NCBI GenBank assembly: GCA_963785725.1
Contig: CAWAWS010000013.1
Coordinates: forward strand, 35,199-99,198
Length of the DNA: 64,000 bases
Origin: an uncultured delta proteobacterium
Lineage (GTDB): Bacteria; Myxococcota_A; Polyangia; Palsa-1104
Direction: 5' to 3'
Below are positions 12,213-22,182 of the stretch, piece by piece. Under the pieces are notes generated by a model, which did no database searches, was not told the origin of the DNA, and saw only the letters and a list, made by a program, of their open reading frames with translations. Numbering within the stretch: position 1 is the stretch's first letter; each line of letters starts with the position of its first letter. The position numbers were made by a program, and so were the translations under genes.

Positions 12213-13622
12213 GTGCAGCTCATCGTCGGCCGAGACGGCGATTACCCGACGCTGGCGACGGCGCTGGCAGCGGCCGACGAAGGCGCGCGCATCGTCGTGC
12301 GTCCCGGCAGCTATGACGAAGACGAGCTGCGCCTCGATCGCGCGCTGATGATCGTCGGCGACGGGCCGCCCGACAGCGTCGTCATCCGCGCGTCGTTCAC
12401 GATCACCGCCGCCGCCGAGCTGCGCGACTTCACCATCGACCGCTCGCGCGGCTCGGCGCTGCACGTGCGCGGCGGCGCGCCGCACGTCACGCGCGTCATC
12501 GTCCGCGACGCGACCCACGTCGGGCTGCTCGTCGCCGCCGGCGGTCGCGGCCGCTTCGAAGCGGTCGAGATCAGCGGCTCCGGCTGGTCCAACGTCGAAG
12601 TGCGCGACGACGGCAGCGATCCCGAGCTGTGCCACTGCCGCATCCACGACGGCAAGCGCGGCGGCCTCTACGTCCACGACTCGGCGCGCGGCCGCTTCGA
12701 CGACTGCGACATCTCCGGCCACGCGCTCGCCAACTTGTTCATCCAAAGCGGCGCCGATCCGTTGTTGCGCCGCTGCCACATCCGCGACGGCAAAGAGGGC
12801 GGCTTGATGGCGCTCGACGGCGGCAAAGGCACGCTCGACGGCTGCGAGATCTTCGCCAACGCGCTCTCCAACGTCGAGCTGCGCGAAGAGGCCGAGACCA
12901 AGCTCGTGCGCTGCACCTTGCGCAACGGCCGCGGCAGCGGGCTCTACGCGCATTCGCACGCGCGCGGCGAGCTCGTCGACTGCGCGATCATGGGTCACCA
13001 GCGCGCCGGCGCGCTGGTGCAATCGGGCGCGACGCCGGCCTTGCGCGGCTGCAGCATCAGCGGCAATCGCGACAGCGGCCTCGTCTTCGATCGCTCGGGC
13101 GGCGGCGAGGTCATCGACTGCAGCATCAGCGACAACCCGAAAGCGGGCATCGAAGTGCGCGACGGCGCCGATCCGTTCGTGCAGCGCTGTCACATCGAAG
13201 GCGCGCAAGCCGCCGGCATCGAAGCCGAAGAGGGCGGGCGCGGCCGCTTCGAAGACTGCACGCTCGCGCGCATCGGCGCCGCCGGCGTCGCCGTCGGCAG
13301 AAACGCCGCGCCCATCTTGCGCCGCTGCACCATCGACGCCGCGCTCGTCGGCGTCTCGGTCGTGGCGTCGGGCGGCGTCACCGTCGAGGATTGCACCGTC
13401 ATCGGGCGCGCCGTCGCCGCCGTCAGCGTGCGCGGCCGCGCCATCGTCAGCCTCGCCGGCTCGTCGCTGCGCGGCGGCCGCTTCGGCATCTTCGTCGACG
13501 AACAAGGGGGAGGCATCGTGGAAAGCTGCGTCATCATCGGCCGGGATCGCGCGTTCGTGCGCGGCGCGAGCGACTGGGTCGAGCGCGACAACGAAGAGTT
13601 CGTGCGCGAGGTGGCGGCGTGA
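12213..13622 (+). CDS. Right-handed parallel beta-helix repeat protein
   Basis: N-terminal YPTLATALAAA..G.RIVVRPGSYDE; repeated (C)xIxG/DN..GxxV units. Confidence 0.8.
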   Translation: MQLIVGRDGDYPTLATALAAADEGARIVVRPGSYDEDELRLDRALMIVGDGPPDSVVIRASFTITAAAELRDFTIDRSRGSALHVRGGAPHVTRVIVRDATHVGLLVAAGGRGRFEAVEISGSGWSNVEVRDDGSDPELCHCRIHDGKRGGLYVHDSARGRFDDCDISGHALANLFIQSGADPLLRRCHIRDGKEGGLMALDGGKGTLDGCEIFANALSNVELREEAETKLVRCTLRNGRGSGLYAHSHARGELVDCAIMGHQRAGALVQSGATPALRGCSISGNRDSGLVFDRSGGGEVIDCSISDNPKAGIEVRDGADPFVQRCHIEGAQAAGIEAEEGGRGRFEDCTLARIGAAGVAVGRNAAPILRRCTIDAALVGVSVVASGGVTVEDCTVIGRAVAAVSVRGRAIVSLAGSSLRGGRFGIFVDEQGGGIVESCVIIGRDRAFVRGASDWVERDNEEFVREVAA

Positions 13623-15010
13623 GGTCGCGGGTCGCGGCGCTGTTGCTGCTCGGCGCGCTGTTGGCGTCTCCGCTCGTGGCGCTGGCGCGCCCGGGCGGCG
13701 GCCAGAGCTACCACGCGGCGCCGTCGCGCTCGTCGTCGTCCTATTCGTCGCATTCGTACTCGCCGTCGCACTCGTACGGGCCGAGCCCGGTCGGCTATTC
13801 GTCGGGCGGCCAGATTTCGCCAGGCGAGGCGCTGATCTTCTTGATCATCGTCGCCATCGTCGTCGTCGTCGTGCTGGTCAAGCGGAGCGCGCTGTCGAAT
13901 GCGCGCGGCGCCGTCGAGATCGACCGCTCGGCGCAAGACGTCGGCCTGGCCGCGCTGCGCGCGCAAGATCCGTCGTTCGACATCAACGCCTTCACGACGC
14001 GCGTCGCCGACATCATGGCCAAGGTCAACGAAGCCTGGTGCGGCGGCAACATGGGCCCGGCGCGCCGCTTCATCTCCGACGGTGTGTACGTTCGCTTTCA
14101 GGCGCAGCTGCAGATCCTGAAGCAGCAAGGGCTGCGCAACGCCATGGCCGATTGGCGCGTCATCGGCGGCGAGCTGTTGCAGGCCGAGTCGGACGCGCAG
14201 TGGGACACCGTGCACATGCGGATGACGGGCTCGGCGCGCGACGCCGACGTGCCGGCGACGCTGACGGCGCAGCAAGCGGCCGACAAAGCGAAGTCGGCGC
14301 CGCAGCGGCAGTACCAAGAGGTGTGGTCGTTCCTGCGTCGCCGCGGCAGCAAGTCGAAGGCCGGCGTCCCCGCGCTCGAAGGCAAATGCCCCAACTGCGG
14401 CGCCGATCTGCCGCTGTCCGACGTCGTGCGCTGCCAGTTCTGCAAGGCGGTCGTCAACTCGGGCGAGCACGACTGGGTGTTGGCCGAGATTACGCAGCCC
14501 GAAGAGTGGCGTCCGTCGAGCGTCAGCGACGAGATCCCAGGCTTCGCCGCGCTCGAGCAGAAGGACGCGACCATCAGCCGGCAAGAGCTGGAAGATCGCG
14601 CCTCGGTGGTGTTCTGGAAATGGATCGACGCGCGCATCTCCGGCTCGCGGGTCAAGCTCGAGCGCTTCTGCCTCATGCCCGGCCAGCCACCGATCGATCA
14701 CGTGCAGCTGCGCGACGTCGCGGTCGGCTCGGCCGAGCTCGTGTCGGTCGAGGTCGACAACGGCGGCTACGACCGCGTCGAAATCGACGTCGTGTGGAGC
14801 GCCAGCATCAACGGCGGCGGGCCGTCGAATCAGACGAGCCGCGTCATTCTCACGCGACTGACGAGCGTCACCTCCAGGCGCGGCCTGAGCTCGCTCGATT
14901 GTCCCAACTGCGGCGGACCTTTGGCCGATTCCGACTTGGCCAAGTGCAACTTCTGCGGCGAGCCGCTCGCCGGCGGCAAAGCCGAGTGGAGCCTGGAAGC
15001 CGTCGCCTGA
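13619..15010 (+). CDS. TIM44-like domain membrane protein with two double zinc ribbons
   Basis: Signal peptide then ARPGGGQSY; QDPSFD...F; CPNCG..CQFC and CPNCG..CNFC; GTG overlaps the upstream stop. Confidence 0.75.
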   Translation: MRSRVAALLLLGALLASPLVALARPGGGQSYHAAPSRSSSSYSSHSYSPSHSYGPSPVGYSSGGQISPGEALIFLIIVAIVVVVVLVKRSALSNARGAVEIDRSAQDVGLAALRAQDPSFDINAFTTRVADIMAKVNEAWCGGNMGPARRFISDGVYVRFQAQLQILKQQGLRNAMADWRVIGGELLQAESDAQWDTVHMRMTGSARDADVPATLTAQQAADKAKSAPQRQYQEVWSFLRRRGSKSKAGVPALEGKCPNCGADLPLSDVVRCQFCKAVVNSGEHDWVLAEITQPEEWRPSSVSDEIPGFAALEQKDATISRQELEDRASVVFWKWIDARISGSRVKLERFCLMPGQPPIDHVQLRDVAVGSAELVSVEVDNGGYDRVEIDVVWSASINGGGPSNQTSRVILTRLTSVTSRRGLSSLDCPNCGGPLADSDLAKCNFCGEPLAGGKAEWSLEAVA

Positions 15011-15066
15011 GCTCGAAGTGATGTCGCTCCCTATTCAACCGCCTACTTAAGAGTAGAATAACCGCC

Positions 15067-17478
15067 ATGCAGCATCTCGTTTCGCGCGTCGCCCTCTTGG
15101 GTTGCGCGTTGAGCCTGTTCGGTTGCGGCCGCTCCTCGCCCATCGGCTCCGAGCCTGGCTGTCCCATCGGCGCCATCTGCATCGTGCCGCCCGATCTGGC
15201 GATGGGCGGCCACACGTCGCACGACATGAGCGGCGGCCGCGACGACATGCATCGCCCGGGCGACATGGCGTTCACGCCGAGCGACATGAAGCCGACCGAC
15301 ATGCCGGGCGGGCAATGCGGCATCACGATTTCGTGCACGGATCCGAGCTGCCAGGGCAAGCCCAACTGCGTCACGCCCGGCCAGGAAATCTGCAACAACG
15401 GCATCGACGACAACGACAACGGCCTCATCGACTGCGCCGATCCCGAGTGCTTCAACAGCCCCGACTGCGTCGGCGACATGGCCGTGGGCGACCTGGGCAC
15501 GTCGTCGTGCATCGGCCCCGGCGGCATGGTCGACTGCTCGCGCGCGCCTTGCGACCAGCTGCCGCAATGCTTGCACTTGACCTGCAATCCCGAGATCGAG
15601 TTCGGCACGGTGACGCCGCAAAACTTCGATCAGACGCGCACCTTCGACACCGTCGGCTCGACCGAGTCCTATCAGACCTGCGCCTTTCCCGGCGGCACGG
15701 CGCGCGTCGGCGAGTTCGAGCTGACGACGGTGACCGACGTGCGGCTCGACTTCACGCAGCCGTCGGGCAGCGCGCACGTCGTGACGCTCAATCGCGCCGG
15801 CTTCGATCAGCTGTGCGATCAAAACGAGCTCTACTGCCTCGACGCCGGTGAGGTCGCGACCGATACGCACACGTTCGCCGCGCTGCAGCCGGGCACCTAT
15901 TACGTCATCGTGCAGTCGTTCCCGGGCACGCAAGGCGCGACGACGGTGCGCATCTCGACCGGCAAGTCGGGCACGCCCGAGATCTGCGACAACGGCATCG
16001 ACGACGACGGCAACGGCCTCATCGACTGCGCCGACTACGCCTGCGTCAACGCGCCCAACTGCGTCGACCTCGAGTGCAAGCCGGAGATCAACTTGGGCGC
16101 CATCGTCGTCGGCGCGCCGCCGGTCACCGCCAGCTTCGACACGCGCACGTCGTCGAACCGCTATCACCCGACCTGCGCCGGCGCCTCCACCGGCAACGAC
16201 ATCGTCGTCCGCTTCACGCTGCACGAGACCGCCGGCATCCTCGTCGATTGGACGCAGGGCGCCGGCGCCGATCACGTCATCTCCATCTTCAACACGCCGC
16301 CCGCCGGCGTCGCCTGCGACGGCGACGGCCAGCTCAGCTGCTTCTACCCCGGCGGCGACTCGGGCGGCAGCGTCGCCTTCTCACCGCGACCACCGGGCGA
16401 CTACATCTTCATCTTCAAGTCGATCAACCCGAGCGGCAACGGGCCGATGACGATCAACGTCAGCGCCTTCGTCAATCGCCAGGCCGAGATCTGCAACAAC
16501 GGCATCGACGACGACGGCAACGGCCTCGTCGACTGCGCCGATCCGGCCTGCTTCGGCATCGACGGCTGCCGGCCGCCGATCTGCACCGCCGACGTCGACT
16601 TGGGCAACTTCAGCTGGGGCTCGCAAGGCACCGCCGTCCTCGACGTCACCGGCGGCACGACGTACTACGAAGCGCAGTGCGCGCAAGGCGGCGGCAAGAG
16701 CCGCATCGTCAAGGTCACGCTGACGCAGCCGATGGGCCTCGGGTTCGACTGCAACGAGACCGGCTCGCAGGTCTTCCAGCTGACGCAGCAGCTGCAGCCG
16801 CTCGACGCCTGCGACGCCAACCCGGTCAACTGCGCCGATCCGACGACCTTGCCGTTCGGCTGCAACTTCATCATGCCCAACCTGCAGCCGGGCGTTTATC
16901 ACGTGCTCGTCGACGCCTTCGCCGCCGGTCAAGAGGGCAGCGTCAACTTGACCCTGTTCGGCGAGCAGGAAAAGGTGCTCGAAATCTGCAACAACGGCAT
17001 CGACGACGACGGCAACGGCCTCATCGACTGCGCCGATCCGGCCTGCTTCACGTCGCCGTTGTGCCAGCAGTACACCTGCAACCCCGACAAGTCGCTCGGG
17101 CTCTTGCCGCTCGACAGCTCGACCGTGTCGACGACGGTGCAGACGGCGGGCAACGGCGACAAGTTCAAGGCGCCTTGCGTCTCCGCCGTCGGTGGCCAAG
17201 ACGCCGACGTCGACTTCCAGCTGCCGGCGACGACGGACCTCACGATCGCGTGGGCGCAGGCCGGTAACCACGACTTCGCGCTCTATCCCGACGTCAACGA
17301 CGCCGCAGCGTGCAACGCCGGCACCGTCATCAACTGCACGACGTCGAACGGCGCGCAGACCGGCAGCTACGTGCTGACGAAGATTCCCGGCGGCAAATAT
17401 CACCTCATCATCGACGCCGACAAGCCGGGCGCCGAAGGCGGCGTCGTGTTGCAGCTCGCCGGCACCGCGTCCAAGTAG
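15067..17478 (+). CDS. Cys-rich repeat lipoprotein (myxobacterial metal-binding-motif repeats plus PPC-like domains)
   Basis: Lipobox LFGC; four EIC(N/D)NGIDD(N/D)xNGL(I/V)DCAD repeats. Confidence 0.8.
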   Translation: MQHLVSRVALLGCALSLFGCGRSSPIGSEPGCPIGAICIVPPDLAMGGHTSHDMSGGRDDMHRPGDMAFTPSDMKPTDMPGGQCGITISCTDPSCQGKPNCVTPGQEICNNGIDDNDNGLIDCADPECFNSPDCVGDMAVGDLGTSSCIGPGGMVDCSRAPCDQLPQCLHLTCNPEIEFGTVTPQNFDQTRTFDTVGSTESYQTCAFPGGTARVGEFELTTVTDVRLDFTQPSGSAHVVTLNRAGFDQLCDQNELYCLDAGEVATDTHTFAALQPGTYYVIVQSFPGTQGATTVRISTGKSGTPEICDNGIDDDGNGLIDCADYACVNAPNCVDLECKPEINLGAIVVGAPPVTASFDTRTSSNRYHPTCAGASTGNDIVVRFTLHETAGILVDWTQGAGADHVISIFNTPPAGVACDGDGQLSCFYPGGDSGGSVAFSPRPPGDYIFIFKSINPSGNGPMTINVSAFVNRQAEICNNGIDDDGNGLVDCADPACFGIDGCRPPICTADVDLGNFSWGSQGTAVLDVTGGTTYYEAQCAQGGGKSRIVKVTLTQPMGLGFDCNETGSQVFQLTQQLQPLDACDANPVNCADPTTLPFGCNFIMPNLQPGVYHVLVDAFAAGQEGSVNLTLFGEQEKVLEICNNGIDDDGNGLIDCADPACFTSPLCQQYTCNPDKSLGLLPLDSSTVSTTVQTAGNGDKFKAPCVSAVGGQDADVDFQLPATTDLTIAWAQAGNHDFALYPDVNDAAACNAGTVINCTTSNGAQTGSYVLTKIPGGKYHLIIDADKPGAEGGVVLQLAGTASK

Positions 17479-17542
17479 CACCACAGCAACGTCCTAGTCG
17501 CCCACCACTTTCCGCTTTTTGGCGGCGTGTTATCGTCGCCTC

Positions 17543-18064
17543 GTGTCCGCCAAAACCAAGCCGCTGACCGTCGAGCTGCCGCGCGCCATCGCCGCCGAGA
17601 TCGCCGACGCCGCGTCGAAGACGCACCGCTCGACCACGTTCATCGTCGCCCGCGCGCTCGCCGCCGGCCGCGGCGCCACCAAGTTTCCGCTCGACGGCGA
17701 GCTGACGACGCTGACGCTGACCAGCGACGACGACGATCCGCCGTCGGCGATCGCGGCCGTCAAGAAGGCCAGCGGCGACGACGTCACCGCGGCGTGGACG
17801 GCGACGCGCGCGCGTTTTGCCGCGTGGATCGCCCGCGAAGAGGCGGCGCAGGCGAACGAGCGCGCCGACGATCTCGACGCCGGCCTGCGCGACGCGGCCG
17901 ATCCGGCGACGAAGCCGGCGCGATTGGCGGAGTTGGCCGCGAGCGACTACGTCAAAGTGCGCGCCTTGGTAGCGCGCCATCCGGCCACGCCCGCCGACAC
18001 CCTGGCCAAGCTCGGCGCCGACGCCGATCGCATCGTGCGCGCCGCGCTGGCCGCACGCGCTTGA
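17543..18064 (+). CDS. Hypothetical protein with RHH-like N-terminus and leucine-rich-variant repeat C-terminus
   Basis: LTVELPRAIAAEIADAASKTHRSTTFIVARAL; VRALVARHPATPADTLAKL. Confidence 0.55.
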   Translation: MSAKTKPLTVELPRAIAAEIADAASKTHRSTTFIVARALAAGRGATKFPLDGELTTLTLTSDDDDPPSAIAAVKKASGDDVTAAWTATRARFAAWIAREEAAQANERADDLDAGLRDAADPATKPARLAELAASDYVKVRALVARHPATPADTLAKLGADADRIVRAALAARA

Positions 18065-18101
18065 TCGCCGTCGTCGGCCGCAGCGCGCGGGCGGGCGCGC
18101 G

Positions 18102-19094
18102 ATGAAAATCGAGGAGCAGTTCTTCGCGCTCACGCCCGAGCGCATCCTCGACTCGGTCGAGTTCGGCGGTCGCCGCGCCACCGGCTACGCGCTCGCGCTC
18201 AACTCGCTGGAGAACCGCGTCTACGAAGTCGAATACGAGGATTCGTCGCGGCTGGTCGCCAAGTTCTATCGGCCCGGCCGCTGGTCGCGCGAGCAGATCT
18301 TGGCCGAGCATCAGTTCGTCGCCGAGCTGCACGACGCCGAGGTTCCCGTCGTGCCGCCTTTCGATCTCGACGGCAAAGGCACGCTCGGCGAGCTCAAGCT
18401 CGACGCCGGCGTCATCTGGTTCGCCGTGTTCGACAAGGTGCGTGGCCGCGCGCCCGAGGAATTGACCGACGATCAGCTGCGTCAGCTCGGCCGGCTGGTG
18501 GCGCGGCTGCACAACATCGGCGACGCGCACGCCGCGCCGTCGCGGCCGCGGCTCGATCCCGACAGCTACGGCGCGGCGTCGCTGCGCATCCTCCTCGGCG
18601 ACGACGCGATGTCGAGCTTCGTGCCGCCGGAAATGCGCACGCGCTTCGCCGAGGCCGGCCGCGGCATCGTCGACGCCTGCGCGCGCAAATGGGGCGAGCT
18701 CACGTCGATCCGCATCCACGGCGACTGCCACCTCGGCAACTTGTTGTGGGGATCGAGCGGCCCGTTCTTCCTGGACTTCGACGACTTCTTGCATGGTCCG
18801 CCGGTGCAGGATTTGTGGCTGCTGGCGCCCGGCCGCGACGACGACGCCGATCGGCAGCGCGCGCTGCTCGTCGACGGCTACGAGACCATGCGCCGCTTCG
18901 ACCGCCGCACGCTGAAGTTCGTCGAGCCGCTGCGCGCGCTGCGGATCCTGCGTTACGCGGCGTGGATCGCGCAGCGCTGGCAAGATCCGGCGTTCACGCG
19001 CGCCTTCCCCGACTGGGACGACCCGCGAACGTGGCAGCGAGAGCTCGGTGAGATGGAATCCCAGCGCGCCCGAGTGGAGAGCGCGCTGGGGTGA
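18102..19094 (+). CDS. srkA: Stress response Ser/Thr kinase SrkA (RdoA/YihE)
   Basis: ALNSLENRVY, KFYRPGRWS, IHGDCHLGN, LDFDD, GPPVQDLW, AWIAQRWQDPAF. Confidence 0.92.
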   Translation: MKIEEQFFALTPERILDSVEFGGRRATGYALALNSLENRVYEVEYEDSSRLVAKFYRPGRWSREQILAEHQFVAELHDAEVPVVPPFDLDGKGTLGELKLDAGVIWFAVFDKVRGRAPEELTDDQLRQLGRLVARLHNIGDAHAAPSRPRLDPDSYGAASLRILLGDDAMSSFVPPEMRTRFAEAGRGIVDACARKWGELTSIRIHGDCHLGNLLWGSSGPFFLDFDDFLHGPPVQDLWLLAPGRDDDADRQRALLVDGYETMRRFDRRTLKFVEPLRALRILRYAAWIAQRWQDPAFTRAFPDWDDPRTWQRELGEMESQRARVESALG

Positions 19095-19104
19095 AGAGCG
19101 GAAG

Positions 19105-20172
19105 TTACGGCGTGGTGAAGACGAAGTCGGCCGGCGTCGTGCCGACCGCCTTGCTCGACGTCGGCGCGAGGTACAGATAGCCGCCCGTCGCCGAGTCCGA
19201 CGTGGTGCTGCTGTGAATCAGGATGCCCTGAATCGTGCTGCCGCTGGCGACCGCGTTCGTCGACGTCACAGCCGTATCCATGTGCTGCTCGTAGCAGGCG
19301 CAATCCGCCGAAATGGTGAAGCCGTAGTAGAAGTCGGTGCCGATGAGGACTTCGCCGGCGTTGGCCGTCGCGTTCGGCGCCGGCTGCACGCAAGCCGCGG
19401 GCACCGGCGTCGTCGTCGTCGTGATCGTGGCGCAGCTGGCGTCGCAAGCGGCCGGTGCGGCCGGCGCGCCGGTCTTCGCGACCATGCCGAAGCCGAAGTT
19501 GTTCGGGCAGGTCTTGGGCGCGGTCGGCGTGTACTTGAACTCGGCCGGGCTGTAGTCGTAGAGCACGAGGTCGTCGGTCAGCGTGAGCGTGACCTTCTGG
19601 CTCCACAAGGCGCGCGAGGCCGTGCCCGCCGTCTTGAGGATGTCGGCCATCGTCACGGTCGCCGGCGCCGGAACCGTCGCCGCCGCGCCATTGTCCGTCG
19701 CCGTCGCGAGGTAGAAGGTCTCGTAGCCCGCGTTCGCGGCGCTGCCCTTCTCGTAAAGTCCCTTGAGCGTGAGTGAGTGACCAGGCACGTAGTTCTCGTT
19801 CGTGCTGGCGAGCGTGCACGGATGCGAGGAGCCCGAGCACTGCACGTCGATCGCCGACAGATCGCCGCCGGCGCCGTCCTGAACGTACATATGCGTGCCC
19901 GACGGGTTGACGGCGAGCAGCACGACATTGTCGAGCTCGAACGTGCCGTACGTGCCGGCCGTGCGCATGGCCTTGATCGTCGAAACGCTATAGGTGGTGC
20001 CGGCCATGTCGCCGCCGCTGCCGGCGCTGCCGCCGCCACCGGCGCTGCCGCCGCCGCCGCCGGTGCCGGTCGCCATATCGGCGCCGGTCGTGGTGGTCGT
20101 GGTGGTCGAATTGTCGCGGCAACCGACCGCGAGCGTACAGGCAAAAGCCAAGATGGTGAGCTGCTTATACAT
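19105..20172 (-). CDS. Lipoprotein of unknown function
   Basis: GAGGAG RBS; MYKQLTILAFACTLAVGC lipobox; Thr/Gly linker. Confidence 0.75.
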   Translation of the reverse strand: MYKQLTILAFACTLAVGCRDNSTTTTTTTGADMATGTGGGGGSAGGGGSAGSGGDMAGTTYSVSTIKAMRTAGTYGTFELDNVVLLAVNPSGTHMYVQDGAGGDLSAIDVQCSGSSHPCTLASTNENYVPGHSLTLKGLYEKGSAANAGYETFYLATATDNGAAATVPAPATVTMADILKTAGTASRALWSQKVTLTLTDDLVLYDYSPAEFKYTPTAPKTCPNNFGFGMVAKTGAPAAPAACDASCATITTTTTPVPAACVQPAPNATANAGEVLIGTDFYYGFTISADCACYEQHMDTAVTSTNAVASGSTIQGILIHSSTTSDSATGGYLYLAPTSSKAVGTTPADFVFTTP

Positions 20173-20197
20173 CGGGAACTCCTCCTCGGTGCCGGTG

Positions 20198-20228
20198 TAT
20201 GTCACGGGTAGGAGGATGTCTTCAAAAT
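20198..20228 (-). promoter_or_regulatory. Putative ECF-sigma promoter ATTTTGAAG-N18-CATA
   Basis: Same motif and spacing as the copy at 21562-21592 upstream of the ECF sigma gene. Confidence 0.6.
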
Positions 20229-20327
20229 AGTTCCATGCGACGCGACAACCTCTACAAGCTCATGTTTTCACGCGCAAATGGTGCGGTGACGTCGGGCGCG
20301 TCCAGGTTCCGTGTAATGTATGCGGCC

Positions 20328-21545
20328 ATGCGGCCCGTCCTCCTCGCGCTCGTGCTGACGGCGACGTCGGCCGCCCGCGCCGAGACGACGGTGCCGATCG
20401 TGGTCGCGCCCTTCGCCGGTCGCTGCTTCGATGCCGCGCAGCTGGCCGAGCACGTGCGCGCCAAAGTGGGCGAGCTGCCCGTCACCGTCGGCGCGCCCGT
20501 GCGCGGCAGCCGTCAAGAGGTGCGCGTCAGCGAGCACGCCGCCAACATTCGCGTGGACGTCGTCGCCCGCGACGCGCGCGGCCAAGTCGTCGGCAGCGCG
20601 CGCCGGCTCGTCCCCTCCGACGCCGACTGCGCCACGGCGCTCGACGTGGCCGCGCTCATCGTCGTCCGCGCCGCGATGCCGCTCAACTGGCGCGAGCCCG
20701 ACCACAAGCTGCCGCCGCATACGCCGCCGCAGCCGACGCCGCCGGCGCATACGCCGCCCGTCGCGACGACGTTGCCGACGACGACGACGCCAGCGCACAC
20801 GACGAGCCCGCCCGAGCCGCCGCCGGCCACGCACGCGCCGCCGCCACCGACGGCGACCGCGACGACGCCGCCGCCGCAGACCCAGCCGCAACGTCCGGCG
20901 ACCGACGAGCGCGCGCAAACACCGCAGCTGTTCCCGCAATCAGCGCCATCGACGCCATCAACCACCGTGAAGATCGTGCGCGCGCCCACCGAGCCGGGCA
21001 CGATCGTTCTGCGCACGCGCGGTCCCGCCGGCCGCTGGGTCGGCGAGCTGTGGGCCGACGCGTACGGCGCTTTCGGCCTCGGCCGTAACCTCGACACCGC
21101 CGGCGGCGAGCTGGCGATCGGCTTTCGGCGCGGCCGCTTCGGCGCCGCCGCCCGCGGCGCCATCGAGAACGACTGGACCGCGCAGCTGACCTCGTCGGCC
21201 GGCGTCATCGGCGTCGACGTCCGTCGCGCCGCGGTCGCCCTCGAAGCCCACGCCGACGTCGGTTTACGCTTCGGCGCCCTGCGCTTCTCGGCCGGCCCGA
21301 CGCTGCCGCTCTACAGCGTCCGCACGAGCGGCGTGCCGCGTCCGAGCACGTCCCTCGTCCTGTCCGCGGCCGCAGACGTTCGCATCCTCTATCATTTAGA
21401 TATAAGCCGCGTGTTCCTGCAGGCGGGCCTGGCCGGCTCCATCGCCTTCTCGCGCGAGGACCTGACCGTCACCGGCGCCGGCGTCATCGCGCGCACGCCC
21501 TGGGTCACTTTGGGGCCGCTCATAGCCTTCGGCGTCAATTTGTAA
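20328..21545 (+). CDS. Secreted/outer-membrane protein with Pro/Thr linker and beta-barrel-like C-terminus
   Basis: Signal peptide ending ARA; Pro/Thr-rich centre; amphipathic strands ending FGVNL. Confidence 0.6.
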   Translation: MRPVLLALVLTATSAARAETTVPIVVAPFAGRCFDAAQLAEHVRAKVGELPVTVGAPVRGSRQEVRVSEHAANIRVDVVARDARGQVVGSARRLVPSDADCATALDVAALIVVRAAMPLNWREPDHKLPPHTPPQPTPPAHTPPVATTLPTTTTPAHTTSPPEPPPATHAPPPPTATATTPPPQTQPQRPATDERAQTPQLFPQSAPSTPSTTVKIVRAPTEPGTIVLRTRGPAGRWVGELWADAYGAFGLGRNLDTAGGELAIGFRRGRFGAAARGAIENDWTAQLTSSAGVIGVDVRRAAVALEAHADVGLRFGALRFSAGPTLPLYSVRTSGVPRPSTSLVLSAAADVRILYHLDISRVFLQAGLAGSIAFSREDLTVTGAGVIARTPWVTLGPLIAFGVNL

Positions 21546-21561
21546 CGATTTGGCGAATTAA

Positions 21562-21592
21562 ATTTTGAAGCCGGCTCCAGCGACGAAGCATA
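21562..21592 (+). promoter_or_regulatory. Putative autoregulatory ECF promoter ATTTTGAAG-N18-CATA
   Basis: Directly upstream of GGAG and ATG 21613. Confidence 0.6.
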
Positions 21593-21612
21593 GAGTAGTT
21601 GGAGATTGACGG

Positions 21613-22182
21613 ATGCTGCTGGCCTCCATTTTGCGGATCATGCCGACCGACCGTGAGAAATCACGCGTGGTGCCGGTCCCGCTCACGTTGGAGGACGTCT
21701 ACCGCGACCACTTCGACTTCGTGTTCCGCCAGGCGGCGCGGCTGGGTGGTCCCGGCATCGACGCCGAGGACGCGGCGCAAGAAGTCTTCATGGTGGTCGC
21801 TCGCAAGCTGCACACCTTCGACGCCTCGTCGCTCATCACCACCTGGCTCTACGGCATTACGCTCAACATCGTGCGTTCGCTTCGGCGGCGCATGCGGATT
21901 CGCCGGCTGTTCGAGCTGAGCGAAGATCGGAGCGAAGTGCCGGTGCGCTCGGTCGATCGTGCCGAGGTCCTGGACGCGCATCGCATCGCCTACGAGCTCC
22001 TCGACAAGCTCGCCCCGAAGAAGCGCGAGGTCTTCATCCTCGCCGAGTTCGAAGGGTTGAGCTGCGAGGAGATCGCCACGCTCGTCGGCTCCAAGACCGA
22101 GACGGTCTGGTCGCGCTTGCACTACGCGCGCAAGGAGTTCTCGGAGCGGCTGCAGGCGCGGTCCCGAAAGGAAAAGTCGTGA
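21613..22182 (+). CDS. ECF RNA polymerase sigma factor
   Basis: DAEDAAQEVF, TTWLYGI, REVFILAEFEGLSCEEIA, TVWSRLHYAR. Confidence 0.92.
   Translation: MLLASILRIMPTDREKSRVVPVPLTLEDVYRDHFDFVFRQAARLGGPGIDAEDAAQEVFMVVARKLHTFDASSLITTWLYGITLNIVRSLRRRMRIRRLFELSEDRSEVPVRSVDRAEVLDAHRIAYELLDKLAPKKREVFILAEFEGLSCEEIATLVGSKTETVWSRLHYARKEFSERLQARSRKEKS

Noticed and set aside
15380..17060. Repeats considered as a CRISPR array
   Set aside because: In-frame coding repeats about 500-600 bp apart, with no cas genes
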